Assembly (NCBI GenBank): GCA_947038515.1
Contig: CAMQWJ010000006.1
Location: 46,765 to 110,764, forward strand
Length of the DNA: 64,000 nt
Direction: 5' to 3'
From: an uncultured Fusobacteriaceae bacterium
GTDB lineage: Bacteria > Fusobacteriota > Fusobacteriia > Fusobacteriales > Fusobacteriaceae
The notes below the pieces were generated by a model, which worked only from the letters and a program-made list of their open reading frames with translations, searched no databases and was not told where the DNA came from. Positions 42,238-53,427 of this stretch are shown one piece after another. Both the position numbers and the translations under genes were made by a program. Each line of letters begins with the position of its first letter. Positions within the stretch are counted from its first letter, which is position 1.

Positions 42238-42347
42238 TTTTTATTCCTCCTAAGGTTTTAATATAATTTTTAACTGTTATAGTTTTTGTAATATTCTAAA
42301 AGAAGATAATTACTTTTCTTATTAGAATTTTTTTGAAAAGGAGATAA

Positions 42348-44429
42348 TTACTTTCCTCTTTCTTCAGATATTGCTTTTTGAATACTTGCTGGAACTGGGA
42401 TATATTCCTCAAATTCCATTGAATATGTTGCTCTTCCTTGAGATTTTGATCTTAAGTCAGTTGCATATCCAAACATCTCAGATAATGGAACTTTTGCATC
42501 AATTATTTTGGCTCCATTTCTATCAGTCATTCCACCGATCATTCCTCTTCTAGAGTTTATGTCACCAATTATGTCTCCCATGTATTCTTCTGGAGTTGTT
42601 ACTTCAACTTTAAATACTGGTTCTAAAATAACTGGTTTACATTTTACAGCACCTTGCTTAAGGGCCATTGATCCTGCTATTTTAAATGCCATCTCTGACG
42701 AGTCAACATCATGATAAGATCCATCATAAAGTGTAACTTTCACATCTACAAGTGGATAACCAGCGATTATTCCACCCTCAAGTGCTTCTCTACAACCTTT
42801 TTCTACTGCAGGAATATATTCTCTTGGAATTGCTCCTCCAGTTACTTTATTTATAAATTCAAAGTCTTTTCCTGGGTTTGGCTCTAATGTAATTTTAACA
42901 TGTCCATATTGACCTTTTCCACCAGATTGCTTAGCATATTTAACATCTTGATCTGCTTGTATTGTAATTGTCTCTCTATAGGCAACTTGTGGTTTTCCTA
43001 CAGTTGACTCAACTTTAAATTCTCTTCTCATTCTATCAACAATAATTTCTAAATGAAGTTCTCCCATTCCTGATATTATCGTTTGACCTGTTTCTTTATC
43101 AGATTTAACTCTGAATGTAGGATCTTCTTCTGCAAGTTTAGACAGAGCAATTCCCATTTTTTCTTGATCTACTTTTGTTTTTGGTTCAACTGCAACCGAG
43201 ATAACTGGCTCTGGAAACTCCATTCTCTCAAGAACTATTGGTTTATCCATATCACAAAGAGTATCTCCAGTTGTTGTATCTTTAAGACCTACAGCTGCAG
43301 CGATATCTCCACAATAAACTTGCTCAATTTCTTCTCTTTTGTTAGCATGCATTTGAAGTATTCTTCCCATTCTTTCTTTTTTACCCTTAGTAGAATTAAG
43401 TACATACGAACCTTTTTCTAGCATTCCTGAGTATACTCTGAAAAATGAAAGTCTTCCAACAAATGGATCTGTCATTATTTTAAATGCAAGTGCAGCGAAA
43501 GGGGCATCATCAGAAACTTCTCTTGTCATTTCTATTGTACTGTCCTTAACATCTGTACCGTTAACCGCTCCAATATCAACTGGTGACGGCATAAAGTCTA
43601 TTATTGCATCTAGTAAAGATTGGATACCTTTATTTTTAAAAGCTGTTCCACAAGCTACAGGAACTACCATTCCACTGATTGTTGCAATTCTTAATGCCTT
43701 TTTGATTTCTACTAAAGAAATTTCTTCTCCTGCAAAGAATTTTTCCATTAGTGCATCATCAGTTTCCACTATTGATTCAAGCATAAATGCTCTCATTTCA
43801 GCAGCTTTTTCTTTTAATTCTGGTCTTATTTCATTTATATCAAATTTTTGACCATTATCAGAATCTATTGGCCAAACAATTTCTCTCATCTCAACAAGAT
43901 CAACTATTCCTTCAAAATTTTCTTCAGCTCCAATTGGTAACTGAATAGGTACAGGATTTGCTCCTAATTTTGTTCTTATATCTCCAACGCACATCTCAAA
44001 GTCTGCTCCAGTTCTATCCATCTTATTAAAGAAAGCGATTCTTGGAACACCATACTTATCTGCTTGTCTCCAAACAGTTTCAGATTGTGGTTGAACACCG
44101 TCAACTGCTGAGAATACAGCAACTGCACCGTCAAGTACTCTTAGAGATCTTTCAACCTCAACAGTAAAGTCCACGTGACCTGGTGTGTCTATTATATTTA
44201 CTCTATGTTCTTTCCAGAAACATGTAGTCGCAGCAGAAGTTATTGTTATTCCTCTTTCCTGCTCTTGCTCCATCCAGTCCATCGTAGCACCACCGTCATG
44301 AACCTCTCCGATTTTATGCTCTACTCCAGTATAAAATAAAATTCTTTCTGTTGTAGTTGTTTTTCCAGCATCGATGTGGGCCATTATTCCTACGTTTCTA
44401 GTCATATCTAACGATACATTTCTAGCCAT
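42348..44429 (-). CDS. fusA: Elongation factor G
   Basis: EF-G. 693 aa. Confidence 0.95.
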   Translation of the reverse strand: MARNVSLDMTRNVGIMAHIDAGKTTTTERILFYTGVEHKIGEVHDGGATMDWMEQEQERGITITSAATTCFWKEHRVNIIDTPGHVDFTVEVERSLRVLDGAVAVFSAVDGVQPQSETVWRQADKYGVPRIAFFNKMDRTGADFEMCVGDIRTKLGANPVPIQLPIGAEENFEGIVDLVEMREIVWPIDSDNGQKFDINEIRPELKEKAAEMRAFMLESIVETDDALMEKFFAGEEISLVEIKKALRIATISGMVVPVACGTAFKNKGIQSLLDAIIDFMPSPVDIGAVNGTDVKDSTIEMTREVSDDAPFAALAFKIMTDPFVGRLSFFRVYSGMLEKGSYVLNSTKGKKERMGRILQMHANKREEIEQVYCGDIAAAVGLKDTTTGDTLCDMDKPIVLERMEFPEPVISVAVEPKTKVDQEKMGIALSKLAEEDPTFRVKSDKETGQTIISGMGELHLEIIVDRMRREFKVESTVGKPQVAYRETITIQADQDVKYAKQSGGKGQYGHVKITLEPNPGKDFEFINKVTGGAIPREYIPAVEKGCREALEGGIIAGYPLVDVKVTLYDGSYHDVDSSEMAFKIAGSMALKQGAVKCKPVILEPVFKVEVTTPEEYMGDIIGDINSRRGMIGGMTDRNGAKIIDAKVPLSEMFGYATDLRSKSQGRATYSMEFEEYIPVPASIQKAISEERGK

Positions 44430-44454
44430 TAAATTTGTCCTCCTCGATATCCGA

Positions 44455-44925
44455 TTATACTCTGTAGTGTGCGAAAGCTCTATTTGCTTCAGCCATTCTA
44501 TAAGTATCTTCTTTCTTTCTTATTGTAGCTCCATCATTATTAGATGCTGCGATTAATTCAGCTGCTAATTTTTGAATTGTTCCATACTCTTTTCTAGCTC
44601 TAGTGTAGCTTACTAACCATCTAAGTGCCAAAGTTTGTTGTCTTTCGATTCTAACTTCGATAGGTACTTGATATGTAGCTCCACCAATTCTTTTTGATCT
44701 AACTTCAACTTGTGGTTTAATATTATCTAAGGCTTGCTTAAATACATCATATCCCTCTAGTCCAGTTTTTTCTTTTATTAAATCCATTGCTGAATAAAAT
44801 ATTCCCTCTGCTATAGACTTCTTACCATCTACCATAAATGCATTGATTGTTTTTGTTACAACCTTATCAGAGTATCTTGAATCAGGTAATACATTTCTTT
44901 TTTCTGCTGCTCTTCTTCTTGACAT
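44455..44925 (-). CDS. rpsG: 30S ribosomal protein S7
   Basis: S7. 156 aa. Confidence 0.95.
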   Translation of the reverse strand: MSRRRAAEKRNVLPDSRYSDKVVTKTINAFMVDGKKSIAEGIFYSAMDLIKEKTGLEGYDVFKQALDNIKPQVEVRSKRIGGATYQVPIEVRIERQQTLALRWLVSYTRARKEYGTIQKLAAELIAASNNDGATIRKKEDTYRMAEANRAFAHYRV

Positions 44926-44945
44926 TAATTACACCTCCCTAGTTT

Positions 44946-45314
44946 TTATCCTTTTTTTGTTCCATATTTAGATCTTGACTGTTTTCTCTTAGCAACTCCT
45001 GCAGTATCTAGAGCTCCTCTTATTATCTTGTATCTAACTCCTGGTAAATCTTTAGTTCTTCCACCTCTTGCAAGAATAATTGAGTGTTCTTGTAAGTTGT
45101 GTCCTTCTCCTGGAATATAACAAGTAACTTCTATTCCATTTGTTAATTTTACCCTAGCTACTTTTCTTAAAGCTGAGTTTGGTTTCTTAGGTGTAGCAGT
45201 ATAAACTCTTACACACACTCCTCTTCTTTGTGGGTTCCCTTTCAATGCAGGGGACTTAGTAGTTTCTTCTAAAACTTTTCTTCCTTTCTTAACTAACTGA
45301 TTTAAAGTAGGCAT
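44946..45314 (-). CDS. rpsL: 30S ribosomal protein S12
   Basis: S12 ([11 protein letters not shown]... [10 protein letters not shown]). Confidence 0.95.
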   Translation of the reverse strand: MPTLNQLVKKGRKVLEETTKSPALKGNPQRRGVCVRVYTATPKKPNSALRKVARVKLTNGIEVTCYIPGEGHNLQEHSIILARGGRTKDLPGVRYKIIRGALDTAGVAKRKQSRSKYGTKKG

Positions 45315-45469
45315 TTTACCCTCCTTATTTTTTATTTTTATAATTACTTATAACTTAAATAGTATAAACATTTTATTTGAATTTGTCAATCATTTGTTTC
45401 TTTGTTTAAGATTTTTTTAATTTCAAATAATATTTTTACCCTTATTTAAAACTTTATAATTTAAATATA

Positions 45470-46306
45470 TTATGGAATAGATTGTATTGGAACTAAAATT
45501 TCAGTTATAAATTTATTTTCATCACTAAAAGTCCAATAATCAACGACATACCTTTCATAACATTTATCCACATATTCATATCCACATTTTTTTAACCAAT
45601 CCTGCATTTTTTTATAAGCTATTTTTATATTATTATATGGTCCTATATAATAATAACTTGCCACCAATATATCACCAAAATCTAGTAACTGCTCAGACTC
45701 GCATTTTTCTAAACATTTTTGCATTATTTTTACATCTGTACATTTTTCTAAACATTTATTTTCAAATGAAGAAAATTCTATTATTACTGGTCCAGCTATC
45801 ATATTTTTCATTTTTTCAATATAGTTATTAAATTCTATATTAACTATTGAATTCATGTATTTATATTCAAACTTTTGTTCCAAAAACATCATCTTTGTCT
45901 TTTTAAACATTTTTATATTGATGTCCATTGGTTTTTCTGCTACAACTGTTTTAGCCTCTTTAATAAGGTCTAACCATTCTTTTACTGCCTTTTTCTTTGT
46001 TTTTAATTCCCCTTCCAAAATCTCTAATTCTCTTATTTTATCATTAAATTTTTCTTCTATATTTCCAGGATGAAAATCAAATTTATTAATCATTTTTTTT
46101 ATATCATCCAACTTAAATCCACTTTGCTTATAGTATTTTATTATTGGTATTTTATGTAATTCTTCTTCTGTATAGCTTCTATATTTATTGGTATTTGGAA
46201 TCCCTGAAGGACAAAGCAAACCTATCTCATCATAATATCTTAGGGTTCTTTTACTTATTTTACAAATTTTTTCTACCTCTCCAATGCGATATTTCTTCTC
46301 ACTCAT
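45470..46306 (-). CDS. MerR-family regulator with C-terminal GyrI-like effector-binding domain (BmrR/Mta-like)
   Basis: N-terminal MerR HTH (YRIGEVEKICKISKRTLRYYDEIGLL). C-terminal small-molecule-binding GyrI-like domain. Confidence 0.7.
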   Translation of the reverse strand: MSEKKYRIGEVEKICKISKRTLRYYDEIGLLCPSGIPNTNKYRSYTEEELHKIPIIKYYKQSGFKLDDIKKMINKFDFHPGNIEEKFNDKIRELEILEGELKTKKKAVKEWLDLIKEAKTVVAEKPMDINIKMFKKTKMMFLEQKFEYKYMNSIVNIEFNNYIEKMKNMIAGPVIIEFSSFENKCLEKCTDVKIMQKCLEKCESEQLLDFGDILVASYYYIGPYNNIKIAYKKMQDWLKKCGYEYVDKCYERYVVDYWTFSDENKFITEILVPIQSIP

Positions 46307-46522
46307 ATAATTCTCCCCGCAATTTTTTTAACTAATAAAATAATATTCTATTCTTCACTTATTAGTTAGATTATTGTGTTCAGTCTTAGATATAAAAATG
46401 ATATCAAATTTCTTCATTCACATTATTAAAATATTTTAAATCTTCCCTTAAATTATTTCTTTACAATTAATCTCCTCTTCAAGTCTCTGCTTTTCCTAAC
46501 ATAAATTTTTTCTTATCACAGC

Positions 46523-46969
46523 TTAATTTTTTTCTAGCCAATTAGCAGGGTATACAACATATATAAATTTACTATATTCAGGAGCACTAAACTTAATTTT
46601 AGAATTTCTAGGAATTAATATCACATCACCTTTTTCTCCTACTATTTTCCTGTCATCAATAATTATTTCAAGACGTCCTTCAATAATATAATCAATTTCA
46701 TCATATACTAATTCCCAATCAAATGTACTTTTTGTTATTTCCATTATTCCAGCACCTATTCTAGGACTTTCTTCTAAAGTGAATAATTTTTTTACATAAA
46801 CTTGATCATTAGAATTTCCTGTCTCCAGTCTTATTTTTTCAATTTCTTCACACTTAATAACTCCAATACCACTTTTATCTATAATTTTTGATACTTTTTT
46901 TGAGGTACTAAATTCTTTTTCAATCGCTTTTTTTATAATTTTATTTATTTCTTCATTAGTAATTTTCAA
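46523..46969 (-). CDS. EutQ-like cupin protein of the BMC locus
   Basis: C-terminal cupin barrel (GDVILIPRNSKIKFSAPE) as in EutQ. Last gene of the locus. Confidence 0.6.
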   Translation of the reverse strand: MKITNEEINKIIKKAIEKEFSTSKKVSKIIDKSGIGVIKCEEIEKIRLETGNSNDQVYVKKLFTLEESPRIGAGIMEITKSTFDWELVYDEIDYIIEGRLEIIIDDRKIVGEKGDVILIPRNSKIKFSAPEYSKFIYVVYPANWLEKN

Positions 46970-47003
46970 TTTTAAACCTCCTAACTAAGACTTATAAATA
47001 TTT

Positions 47004-47270
47004 TTATTTGTTTTTTATTTTTTCGATTATTTCTTTTATTTGTTCAATTCCTAGTGCATTATAATTTTCTTTCAATATTTCTTTTATTATTATTTCACAA
47101 GCTTTAATAGAATTTATATTTATATTTTCTTTTTCATACACTATATCTATTTTTTCTTTTTTTAAATAATCTTCTATTGAAGAAGTTATAATCATATTTT
47201 TCTTTTTATAAAATTTATTTTCTGTTATATAGTCATTAATTTTTTCTAATTTCACTAATTCTCTTTTCAT
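47004..47270 (-). CDS. Hypothetical 88-aa protein, translationally coupled to the BMC-P gene
   Basis: Start 1 nt after BMC-P stop. No recognisable domain. Lys/Glu-rich helical. Confidence 0.35.
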   Translation of the reverse strand: MKRELVKLEKINDYITENKFYKKKNMIITSSIEDYLKKEKIDIVYEKENININSIKACEIIIKEILKENYNALGIEQIKEIIEKIKNK

Positions 47271-47271
47271 T

Positions 47272-47520
47272 TTAATTCTCCTCCTTCTCATCTATAATTC
47301 CGATAGTGATTGCATCAATTGGTAATGATTTTGTTGTTAAACCATTTTGGGCTCCAGTGCCTCTGGTAATTATAACCCTATCACCTATCCCAGCCCCTAT
47401 TGAATCAGACACAACTATTTTTTCACCAGCTTCAAGTTCTACTATTAAAAATGTTATTCCGTACAATGAAGGATCTTTTCTAGTCGCCCATACATTTCCA
47501 ACTATTTTTCCTATTATCAT
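47272..47520 (-). CDS. BMC vertex protein (BMC-P; EutN/PduN/CcmL family)
   Basis: MIIGKIVGNVWATRKD ... GAGIGDRVIITRG is the typical EutN/CcmL fold sequence. Confidence 0.8.
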   Translation of the reverse strand: MIIGKIVGNVWATRKDPSLYGITFLIVELEAGEKIVVSDSIGAGIGDRVIITRGTGAQNGLTTKSLPIDAITIGIIDEKEEN

Positions 47521-47665
47521 TTTTCACCTTCTTATTATTTCAATATTATTATTTTTAATTTCATCCTTAACTAATTCCATTCTAATTGTTTCTTACAAAT
47601 TAATTATAATATTATTTTTTCATCTAATATCATTTCAATAATTTTCTTTTTTTCTTTATTCCTCA

Positions 47666-48394
47666 TTACTCGTAAATTTCTCCATAAGAATCTTTCGATA
47701 TGTAAAATGCATTTGCCTCATCATAATCTATATGCATATTTAAAATAAATTTATTATCTACCCTTACCAAAACATTCTCAAATATTCCAGAACGTTCACT
47801 AACAATTTTTACTTTTATTAAGTCATTATCTTTTACATTCAACCTATTGGCGTCTTTTTCATTCATATGTATGTGATTCCTAGCTATAATCACACCTTTA
47901 TCTATATAAACAAAGTTTTTTCCATTACTCATTAAAATTCCTGGAGTGCCATCTATTAAACCTGAATTTCTTAAAACAGCATTCACACCTAATATTCTAG
48001 AATCTGTTAATGATAATTCAACTTGTGTTTCTTTTCTCATTGGTCCTAATATTACTACATTTTCTATAATTCCTTTACTTCCTATTAATCTTACCCTTTC
48101 TTTATAGGCGTATTGTCCCAATTGAGAAAGTTCTTTTGATATGGTAAAAACATATCCTGTTCCAAATAATATATCAGCCTCTTTTTGAGAAAGATGTATA
48201 TGTCTACCTGAAGCTTCTATAGGAATTTTAATTTTATTATTCTCTTCTATTTTGGACTCTTCTATCAACTTTATTGACTTTTGAGCCATATATTCCCTTG
48301 CCGATGGAGTTATTACTGTTTTTTTATCTACCTTTATCTCTTTTATATTTTCTTTATTATAAAGAAGCTTTAATTTTTCTTCTGTCAACACCAT
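47666..48394 (-). CDS. PduL-type phosphotransacylase
   Basis: GRHIHLS and a second HIH motif, characteristic of the PduL metal sites. 242 aa. Confidence 0.75.
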   Translation of the reverse strand: MVLTEEKLKLLYNKENIKEIKVDKKTVITPSAREYMAQKSIKLIEESKIEENNKIKIPIEASGRHIHLSQKEADILFGTGYVFTISKELSQLGQYAYKERVRLIGSKGIIENVVILGPMRKETQVELSLTDSRILGVNAVLRNSGLIDGTPGILMSNGKNFVYIDKGVIIARNHIHMNEKDANRLNVKDNDLIKVKIVSERSGIFENVLVRVDNKFILNMHIDYDEANAFYISKDSYGEIYE

Positions 48395-48404
48395 AATTTT
48401 CTCC

Positions 48405-49859
48405 CTATTTCTCTAGAATTCCTTCCATTATTTTTCTTACTAACTCTTCTATATTTTTCTCTTTTGTAAAATCATGATCTATCTCTTCATTTTTTCTTAT
48501 ACACTCTATTTCTTTTATTCCCCAAGCTGCTTTTCTTACATTAATTAAATTTAAAGGAGTTATATTGTCTGAAGTTGAACTTCCACCAACTGCACCACAT
48601 CCTAGAGTCAATGCTGGTGCCAAATTTGTTGTTGCCCCTAAACCACCCAAAGCTCCCGGAGTATTTATAAGTAATCTTGACACTGGTTTTTTTAATGCAA
48701 ACTCTTTTATTATATCTCTATTTTCTGAATGTATTACTGTTGTATGTCCAATCCCCTCTATATTCAATATTTCTATAGCCCTTTCACAGGCTTTTTCCCA
48801 ATTTTTTTCTACATAAAATGCTAATATTGGTGCTAATTTTTCTCTTGAATATGGATTTTTTTTAGAAGCATTCTCTTCTTTTGAGATTATTACTCTTGTT
48901 CCTTTAGGAAACTGTAAATTTGCAAGTTCACCCAATTTTTCGACACTTTTTCCTACTATTTGTGGATTCATACTTCCGTTAGCTCTTAAAATAAATTCAC
49001 CTAATTTTTTAGATTCTTCTCTTGTTAAAAAATAGCCACCTTGTTCTTTTAGTTCTCTCACCACTTCTTCTTCACTAATTTCTTCTACGATAATCGACTG
49101 CTCCGATGCACAAATTACTCCATTATCAAAAGTTTTACTATCCAATATTCTTTTAACTGCTAATTTTTTATTAGCACTTCTTTCTATGAAGGCTGGACCA
49201 TTTCCTGGACCTACTCCTATTGCAGGATTACCAGATTTATAAGCAGCTTTGACCATTGCTTCTCCACCTGTAGCCAATATCATTGCTATCCCCTCGTGTT
49301 TCATTAATTCTTCTGTTGCCTCCATAGTTATCAAGGTTGTTACTCCTATTAATCCTTCCGGTGCCCCAGCTTCCATGGACAACTCTTTAAGAAGATTTAC
49401 TGTTTCGATTATACATTTTTTCGCATTAGGATGTGGACTAATTATTATTCCATTTCCGGCTTTTAAAGAAATCAAAACTTTATAAATTGTTGTTGAAGTT
49501 GGATTTGTTGAAGGAATTAAACCTGCAATTATCCCCATTGGGACCCCTATTTCTATTGTTTCATTTTCTTCCTTTAAAACGCCAACTGTTTTCATATTTT
49601 TTATATATTCATATACATTCACTGATGCAAAATTATTTTTTATTATTTTATCTTCATATTTTCCAAATCCTGTCTCTTCTATTGCCATTTTTGCTAATTT
49701 TTCACTATGTTTTCTTATCCCCATTGACATTTTATAAATTACATCATCTATTTTTTTTTGAGAAAATAAAGAATATTTTTTTTGTGCTTCCTTGGATTTT
49801 TCTATTAAATCTCTCACCTGCTGTCTTGATTCTAAATCTCTATCCATTTTTTCCTCCAT
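48405..49859 (-). CDS. CoA-acylating aldehyde dehydrogenase (EutE/PduP-type), catalytically intact copy
   Basis: PSTNPTST, SPHPNAKK and catalytic cysteine in FDNGVICASEQS align with E. coli EutE FDNNIICADEK. C-terminal amphipathic helix IEELVRKIMEGILEK. Confidence 0.8.
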   Translation of the reverse strand: MEEKMDRDLESRQQVRDLIEKSKEAQKKYSLFSQKKIDDVIYKMSMGIRKHSEKLAKMAIEETGFGKYEDKIIKNNFASVNVYEYIKNMKTVGVLKEENETIEIGVPMGIIAGLIPSTNPTSTTIYKVLISLKAGNGIIISPHPNAKKCIIETVNLLKELSMEAGAPEGLIGVTTLITMEATEELMKHEGIAMILATGGEAMVKAAYKSGNPAIGVGPGNGPAFIERSANKKLAVKRILDSKTFDNGVICASEQSIIVEEISEEEVVRELKEQGGYFLTREESKKLGEFILRANGSMNPQIVGKSVEKLGELANLQFPKGTRVIISKEENASKKNPYSREKLAPILAFYVEKNWEKACERAIEILNIEGIGHTTVIHSENRDIIKEFALKKPVSRLLINTPGALGGLGATTNLAPALTLGCGAVGGSSTSDNITPLNLINVRKAAWGIKEIECIRKNEEIDHDFTKEKNIEELVRKIMEGILEK

Positions 49860-50034
49860 TTTTTATGTTCTCAACTTAAGTTATATAAGGGTAATTATAA
49901 TTTTCAACTCTTTAATTACCTTTCCTGCAATTAAAACTACTGCTCTCTCTATTAAATCAACTCCATAACCCTAGACTAATTTCAAAACTTCAATATCAGT
50001 ATTTTTAAGTACACGACCCAACCTCTTATTTTAT

Positions 50035-50061
50035 GAGAAACCCCTTAAATTGGGGTTTCTC
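50035..50061 (-). other. Intra-operon stem-loop gagaaacccc-ttaaatt-ggggtttctc between the BMC-H gene and the active aldehyde dehydrogenase gene
   Basis: Perfect 10-bp stem with no T-run, inside a 213-nt intergenic gap of an otherwise tightly packed operon. Confidence 0.5.
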
Positions 50062-50072
50062 ACTTACTTTAA

Positions 50073-50354
50073 TTATTTTATTTCTGGTAAAATTGTTTCC
50101 ACATCTGAATGTGGTCTTGGAATTACATGAACAGAAATTAATTGTCCTATTCTATCTGCTGCTGCTGCTCCTGCATCTGTTGCCGCTTTAACCGCACCTA
50201 CATCTCCACGAACTAGTACAGTTACCAACCCTCCGCCTACCATTTCTTTTCCTATCAAAGTAACATTTGCTGCTTTAACCATTGCATCTGCTGCTTCTAT
50301 TGCTGCTACCAATCCTTTTGTTTCTATCATTCCTAATGCATTTAATGTTGCCAT
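50073..50354 (-). CDS. BMC-H shell protein (PduA/EutM-like)
   Basis: [26 protein letters not shown] canonical Pfam00936 sequence. 93 aa. Confidence 0.85.
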   Translation of the reverse strand: MATLNALGMIETKGLVAAIEAADAMVKAANVTLIGKEMVGGGLVTVLVRGDVGAVKAATDAGAAAADRIGQLISVHVIPRPHSDVETILPEIK

Positions 50355-50359
50355 TTAAA

Positions 50360-50857
50360 TCAACTCCCTTTTTTAGTTTTTTTTATTTTTTTGGTTTTTA
50401 CTGCCATTTTAGGTTGAGAACTATCCTCTTTAGACTCCAACACTTCTAAAGTCTCTACATCATTTTTTTTCATAATTAAATCTCTTATTACTATATTTTC
50501 TTCATTAGTTTTTGTTATATCATCTATTTTTTTCTTTTCTATTTTTTCATGAGCTTTATCTAACAATTCAAATATTTCTAAATCAGGCCTCGCCATTATA
50601 TTACTACTCATATACACACCTAATTTTTTTGTTGCTTCAACTGCTGCTTCTATTGCCACCTCTATGGAACCTATATCTCCTATGAATTCCACCGTTACAA
50701 TTCCACCTTTTATCAAATGTTTATTATATATCTTTACATTTGAAGTTTTGCAGGCCACATCACAGGCTTCTATTATCCCTAACATACCTTTTGTTTCTAT
50801 CAAACCCAAAGCGTTCATAAGTTCCCCCATTGCCATTCTTCGGCTTTTTTCTAACAT
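50360..50857 (-). CDS. BMC-H shell protein with Lys-rich C-terminal extension (PduK/EutK-like)
   Basis: BMC-H domain (ALGLIETKGMLGIIEACDVA) plus a tail of about 70 aa. Start may be internal (MGELMNALG). Confidence 0.7.
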   Translation of the reverse strand: MLEKSRRMAMGELMNALGLIETKGMLGIIEACDVACKTSNVKIYNKHLIKGGIVTVEFIGDIGSIEVAIEAAVEATKKLGVYMSSNIMARPDLEIFELLDKAHEKIEKKKIDDITKTNEENIVIRDLIMKKNDVETLEVLESKEDSSQPKMAVKTKKIKKTKKGS

Positions 50858-50862
50858 TTTTT

Positions 50863-52398
50863 TTAATTATTTTTTTTTAAAGTTTCGACTATTTCATCAA
50901 TAAACTTTAGAAGTTTCACCTCTTCTATCTTACTATCATTAAATTGTTTTTCTTGTTTTAAAGTTTCTATTTCTTTAGTTTGATAACAATTATATTTTTT
51001 TCCTTCTAATACTTCAGGAATTTTTATTTTATCATCATTACTTTCTATCAAGCCACAATCAGATATTCCACATCTAATTTCTACTCTTTTTGAAAATTTG
51101 AACGGTTCTACATCTTCTAATAATATTTTTTTTCTTGCTTTTTTATACATGTGGTTATAAAACTCTTCATTTTTAGTATCATTTTTTCTTCCTATCTCTA
51201 CTCTTTCTATATTTAAAAAAATATTTATTTCTAATTCCACAGAAATTTTTTCTATTACTTGTAAATCTTCAGTATAAACATTTATTCCTTGGATTTTTTC
51301 CTCATTGGCAAGCTCTCTACAAATATCACACCCTTCTTTAAGGTCTTTAACAATATAAAAGTCAATTACTACTCCATTTTCAAATGTTAATGGTCTTTCA
51401 TTTTTTATACTATTTTGTTTCCTTACTAGAACTTTCGTATCAAATGGTATTTTTATTTTTGCTTTTTCAGAAATAAATTCTACTGACTCTCCAACATACT
51501 CCAACTTTATTTTATTTTCTTGATATAAAGTCTTATAAAGTTGTTCATTTTCTTCTTCGTTCATAAAATAAGCACCTTGATTTTCCAACTCTCCAATAAT
51601 TTCTTTTTCATTAAAAGCTTCACAAATTATAAAATTTTCTGATACAGGTATCATACCATTATTAAATCTTTTATTTCCTATAAAATTTTTTATAGCCTTC
51701 TCTATTACTCCTGTTTTTTCTATATAAACTAAATTACTTTTGTTTACAAGACTCAATAATAAGACATTCGAGTCTTGTAAATTTTTAATTTTTTTTGATA
51801 TATCAGTGCCTATAACAAGAGCAATTTCCTTTTGTTTCACCAGCTCCAAAGCTCCCACTTCAGAATAGGTTTCTATGCTACTTATAATATTATTCGGAGC
51901 TCCGGCTTCAATGGCTGCCTCATTTAACATTTTTACAACCATAGCTACAGATTTTTCTACTTTTGAATAAGGTAAAAACATTATTGCATTCTTTGATTTA
52001 ATCGCATTGATAACTCTAAAAATTAATATTGAAGTCACATTTATTACTGGTAATAACCCCAAAATCAAGCCTAATGGTTTTCCAATAACAAGTTTTTTTT
52101 CTTTTACATTAGTTTCTAGTATCCCTATTGTTTTTATTAATTTTATCTCTTCATATAAAATTGATGAGGCTATATTATTCAGATATTTTTTATCATCAGC
52201 ATTTCCTTTTCCTATTGCTTCAATTTCTATAGCTCCTAACCAATCTTCATTTTTTTTTATAGCTTTAACTATATTCAATAATATCATATCGATTTGGTCA
52301 TTAGTATATTTTTCAATTTTTTTAGCTGCAATTTTTCCTTTTCTAGCTAAATTTCTTGAACATTGTCTTAGCTCTAAATCTTTATCAACATTTTGCAA
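50863..52398 (-). CDS. Aldehyde dehydrogenase-fold paralogue B, predicted inactive (catalytic Cys replaced by Pro; degenerate cofactor motifs); 511 aa with C-terminal extension
   Basis: Aligns with EutE throughout. Has FNNGMIPVSENF where the active copy has FDNGVICASEQS. STNP/HP motifs degenerate. C-terminal helix EEVKLLKFIDEIVETLKK. Confidence 0.65.
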   Translation of the reverse strand: MQNVDKDLELRQCSRNLARKGKIAAKKIEKYTNDQIDMILLNIVKAIKKNEDWLGAIEIEAIGKGNADDKKYLNNIASSILYEEIKLIKTIGILETNVKEKKLVIGKPLGLILGLLPVINVTSILIFRVINAIKSKNAIMFLPYSKVEKSVAMVVKMLNEAAIEAGAPNNIISSIETYSEVGALELVKQKEIALVIGTDISKKIKNLQDSNVLLLSLVNKSNLVYIEKTGVIEKAIKNFIGNKRFNNGMIPVSENFIICEAFNEKEIIGELENQGAYFMNEEENEQLYKTLYQENKIKLEYVGESVEFISEKAKIKIPFDTKVLVRKQNSIKNERPLTFENGVVIDFYIVKDLKEGCDICRELANEEKIQGINVYTEDLQVIEKISVELEINIFLNIERVEIGRKNDTKNEEFYNHMYKKARKKILLEDVEPFKFSKRVEIRCGISDCGLIESNDDKIKIPEVLEGKKYNCYQTKEIETLKQEKQFNDSKIEEVKLLKFIDEIVETLKKNN

Positions 52399-52424
52399 CT
52401 ATTCCTCCTCACTGAACAAAAAGC

Positions 52425-53390
52425 TTAATGTTTAATAATTTTTACTTGAAAATCATAATTTTTAATCCAAGTTTCAATACAATCCAATTCTTCATTACTT
52501 ATACTAGGATCTTCTTCCATTAAATACTCTAGCCCTAACTGTTTATACTTCTGTATTCCCATTTTATGATATGGCAATAAGTCTATACCTTTAAAATTCT
52601 TATAATTTTTATATGGTTTTAAAAATTCCATAATTTTTTCAATATCTTCTTTTTTATCATTAATTCCTTTTAAAATCGGCATTCTAATCTGAACATTATT
52701 ATTGTTTTCTATCAATTTAGAAATATTTTTTAAAATGCTTTCATTTCTAACTCCTGTCCATTCAAGATGTTTTTCAGAATTAATATTTTTAATATCTATC
52801 AAAAACAAATCTGTAAATTCTGCAACTTTTAAAATTGTTTCCTCTGATGCAAATCCAGAAGTCTCGATTGCAGTATTTATTCCTGAATATTTACAAGCCA
52901 TTAATAAATTTAGTGCTGCCTCTGGTTGCATTAAAACCTCTCCACCACCAAGAGTCACTCCACCACCAGAAGTCTCATAAAAAGTTCTGTCTGATTCTAT
53001 TATTTCTAAAAGTTCAGATATTGTTTTACCTTCCCCCACAACACTTAATGCTGTTTTATAACACACTTCTTCACACTTTCCACAACCTATACACTCAATA
53101 TTTCTATTAATTATATGTGTCCTTGTTTCTTTATCTATTTCATGAATTCCTTTTGGACAAATTTTTACACATTCTCCACAATCATTACATAGATTTTCTC
53201 TAAACATAACCTTAAATTTTTTCTCTAAACCTTCAGGATTTGCGCACCACTTACATCGAAGTGGGCAACCTTGAAAAAAAATTATAGTTCGTAACCCTGG
53301 ACCATCGTACATATTATATTTTTGAATATTAAAAATCATTGCTTTTCTTTCAATAATCATATTTTTTTTACACATATATAAATTCTCCAA
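52425..53390 (-). CDS. cutD: Glycyl-radical enzyme activating enzyme (CutD-like)
   Basis: CPLRCKWCANP radical SAM motif plus two ferredoxin-like Cys clusters (CNDCGECVKICP, CIGCGKCEEVC). True start probably internal (MIFNIQKY). Confidence 0.8.
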   Translation of the reverse strand: MENLYMCKKNMIIERKAMIFNIQKYNMYDGPGLRTIIFFQGCPLRCKWCANPEGLEKKFKVMFRENLCNDCGECVKICPKGIHEIDKETRTHIINRNIECIGCGKCEEVCYKTALSVVGEGKTISELLEIIESDRTFYETSGGGVTLGGGEVLMQPEAALNLLMACKYSGINTAIETSGFASEETILKVAEFTDLFLIDIKNINSEKHLEWTGVRNESILKNISKLIENNNNVQIRMPILKGINDKKEDIEKIMEFLKPYKNYKNFKGIDLLPYHKMGIQKYKQLGLEYLMEEDPSISNEELDCIETWIKNYDFQVKIIKH

Positions 53391-53427
53391 TTTGTTTTAA
53401 TTATTATTAGTATTTCTACTTTTTAAT

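Noticed and set aside
42371-43421. Plus-strand ORFs within fusA, and similar ones within tuf, cutC and the ALDH genes
   Set aside because: Antisense to highly conserved genes. No start signals.
45315-46522. Direct repeat of the tRNA-Ser 3' end that would mark the far edge of a tRNA-inserted island carrying the BMC locus
   Set aside because: Searched both intergenic regions by eye for ggtgaaaga and gatttgaac-like strings and found none. No integrase or transposase genes anywhere in the window.
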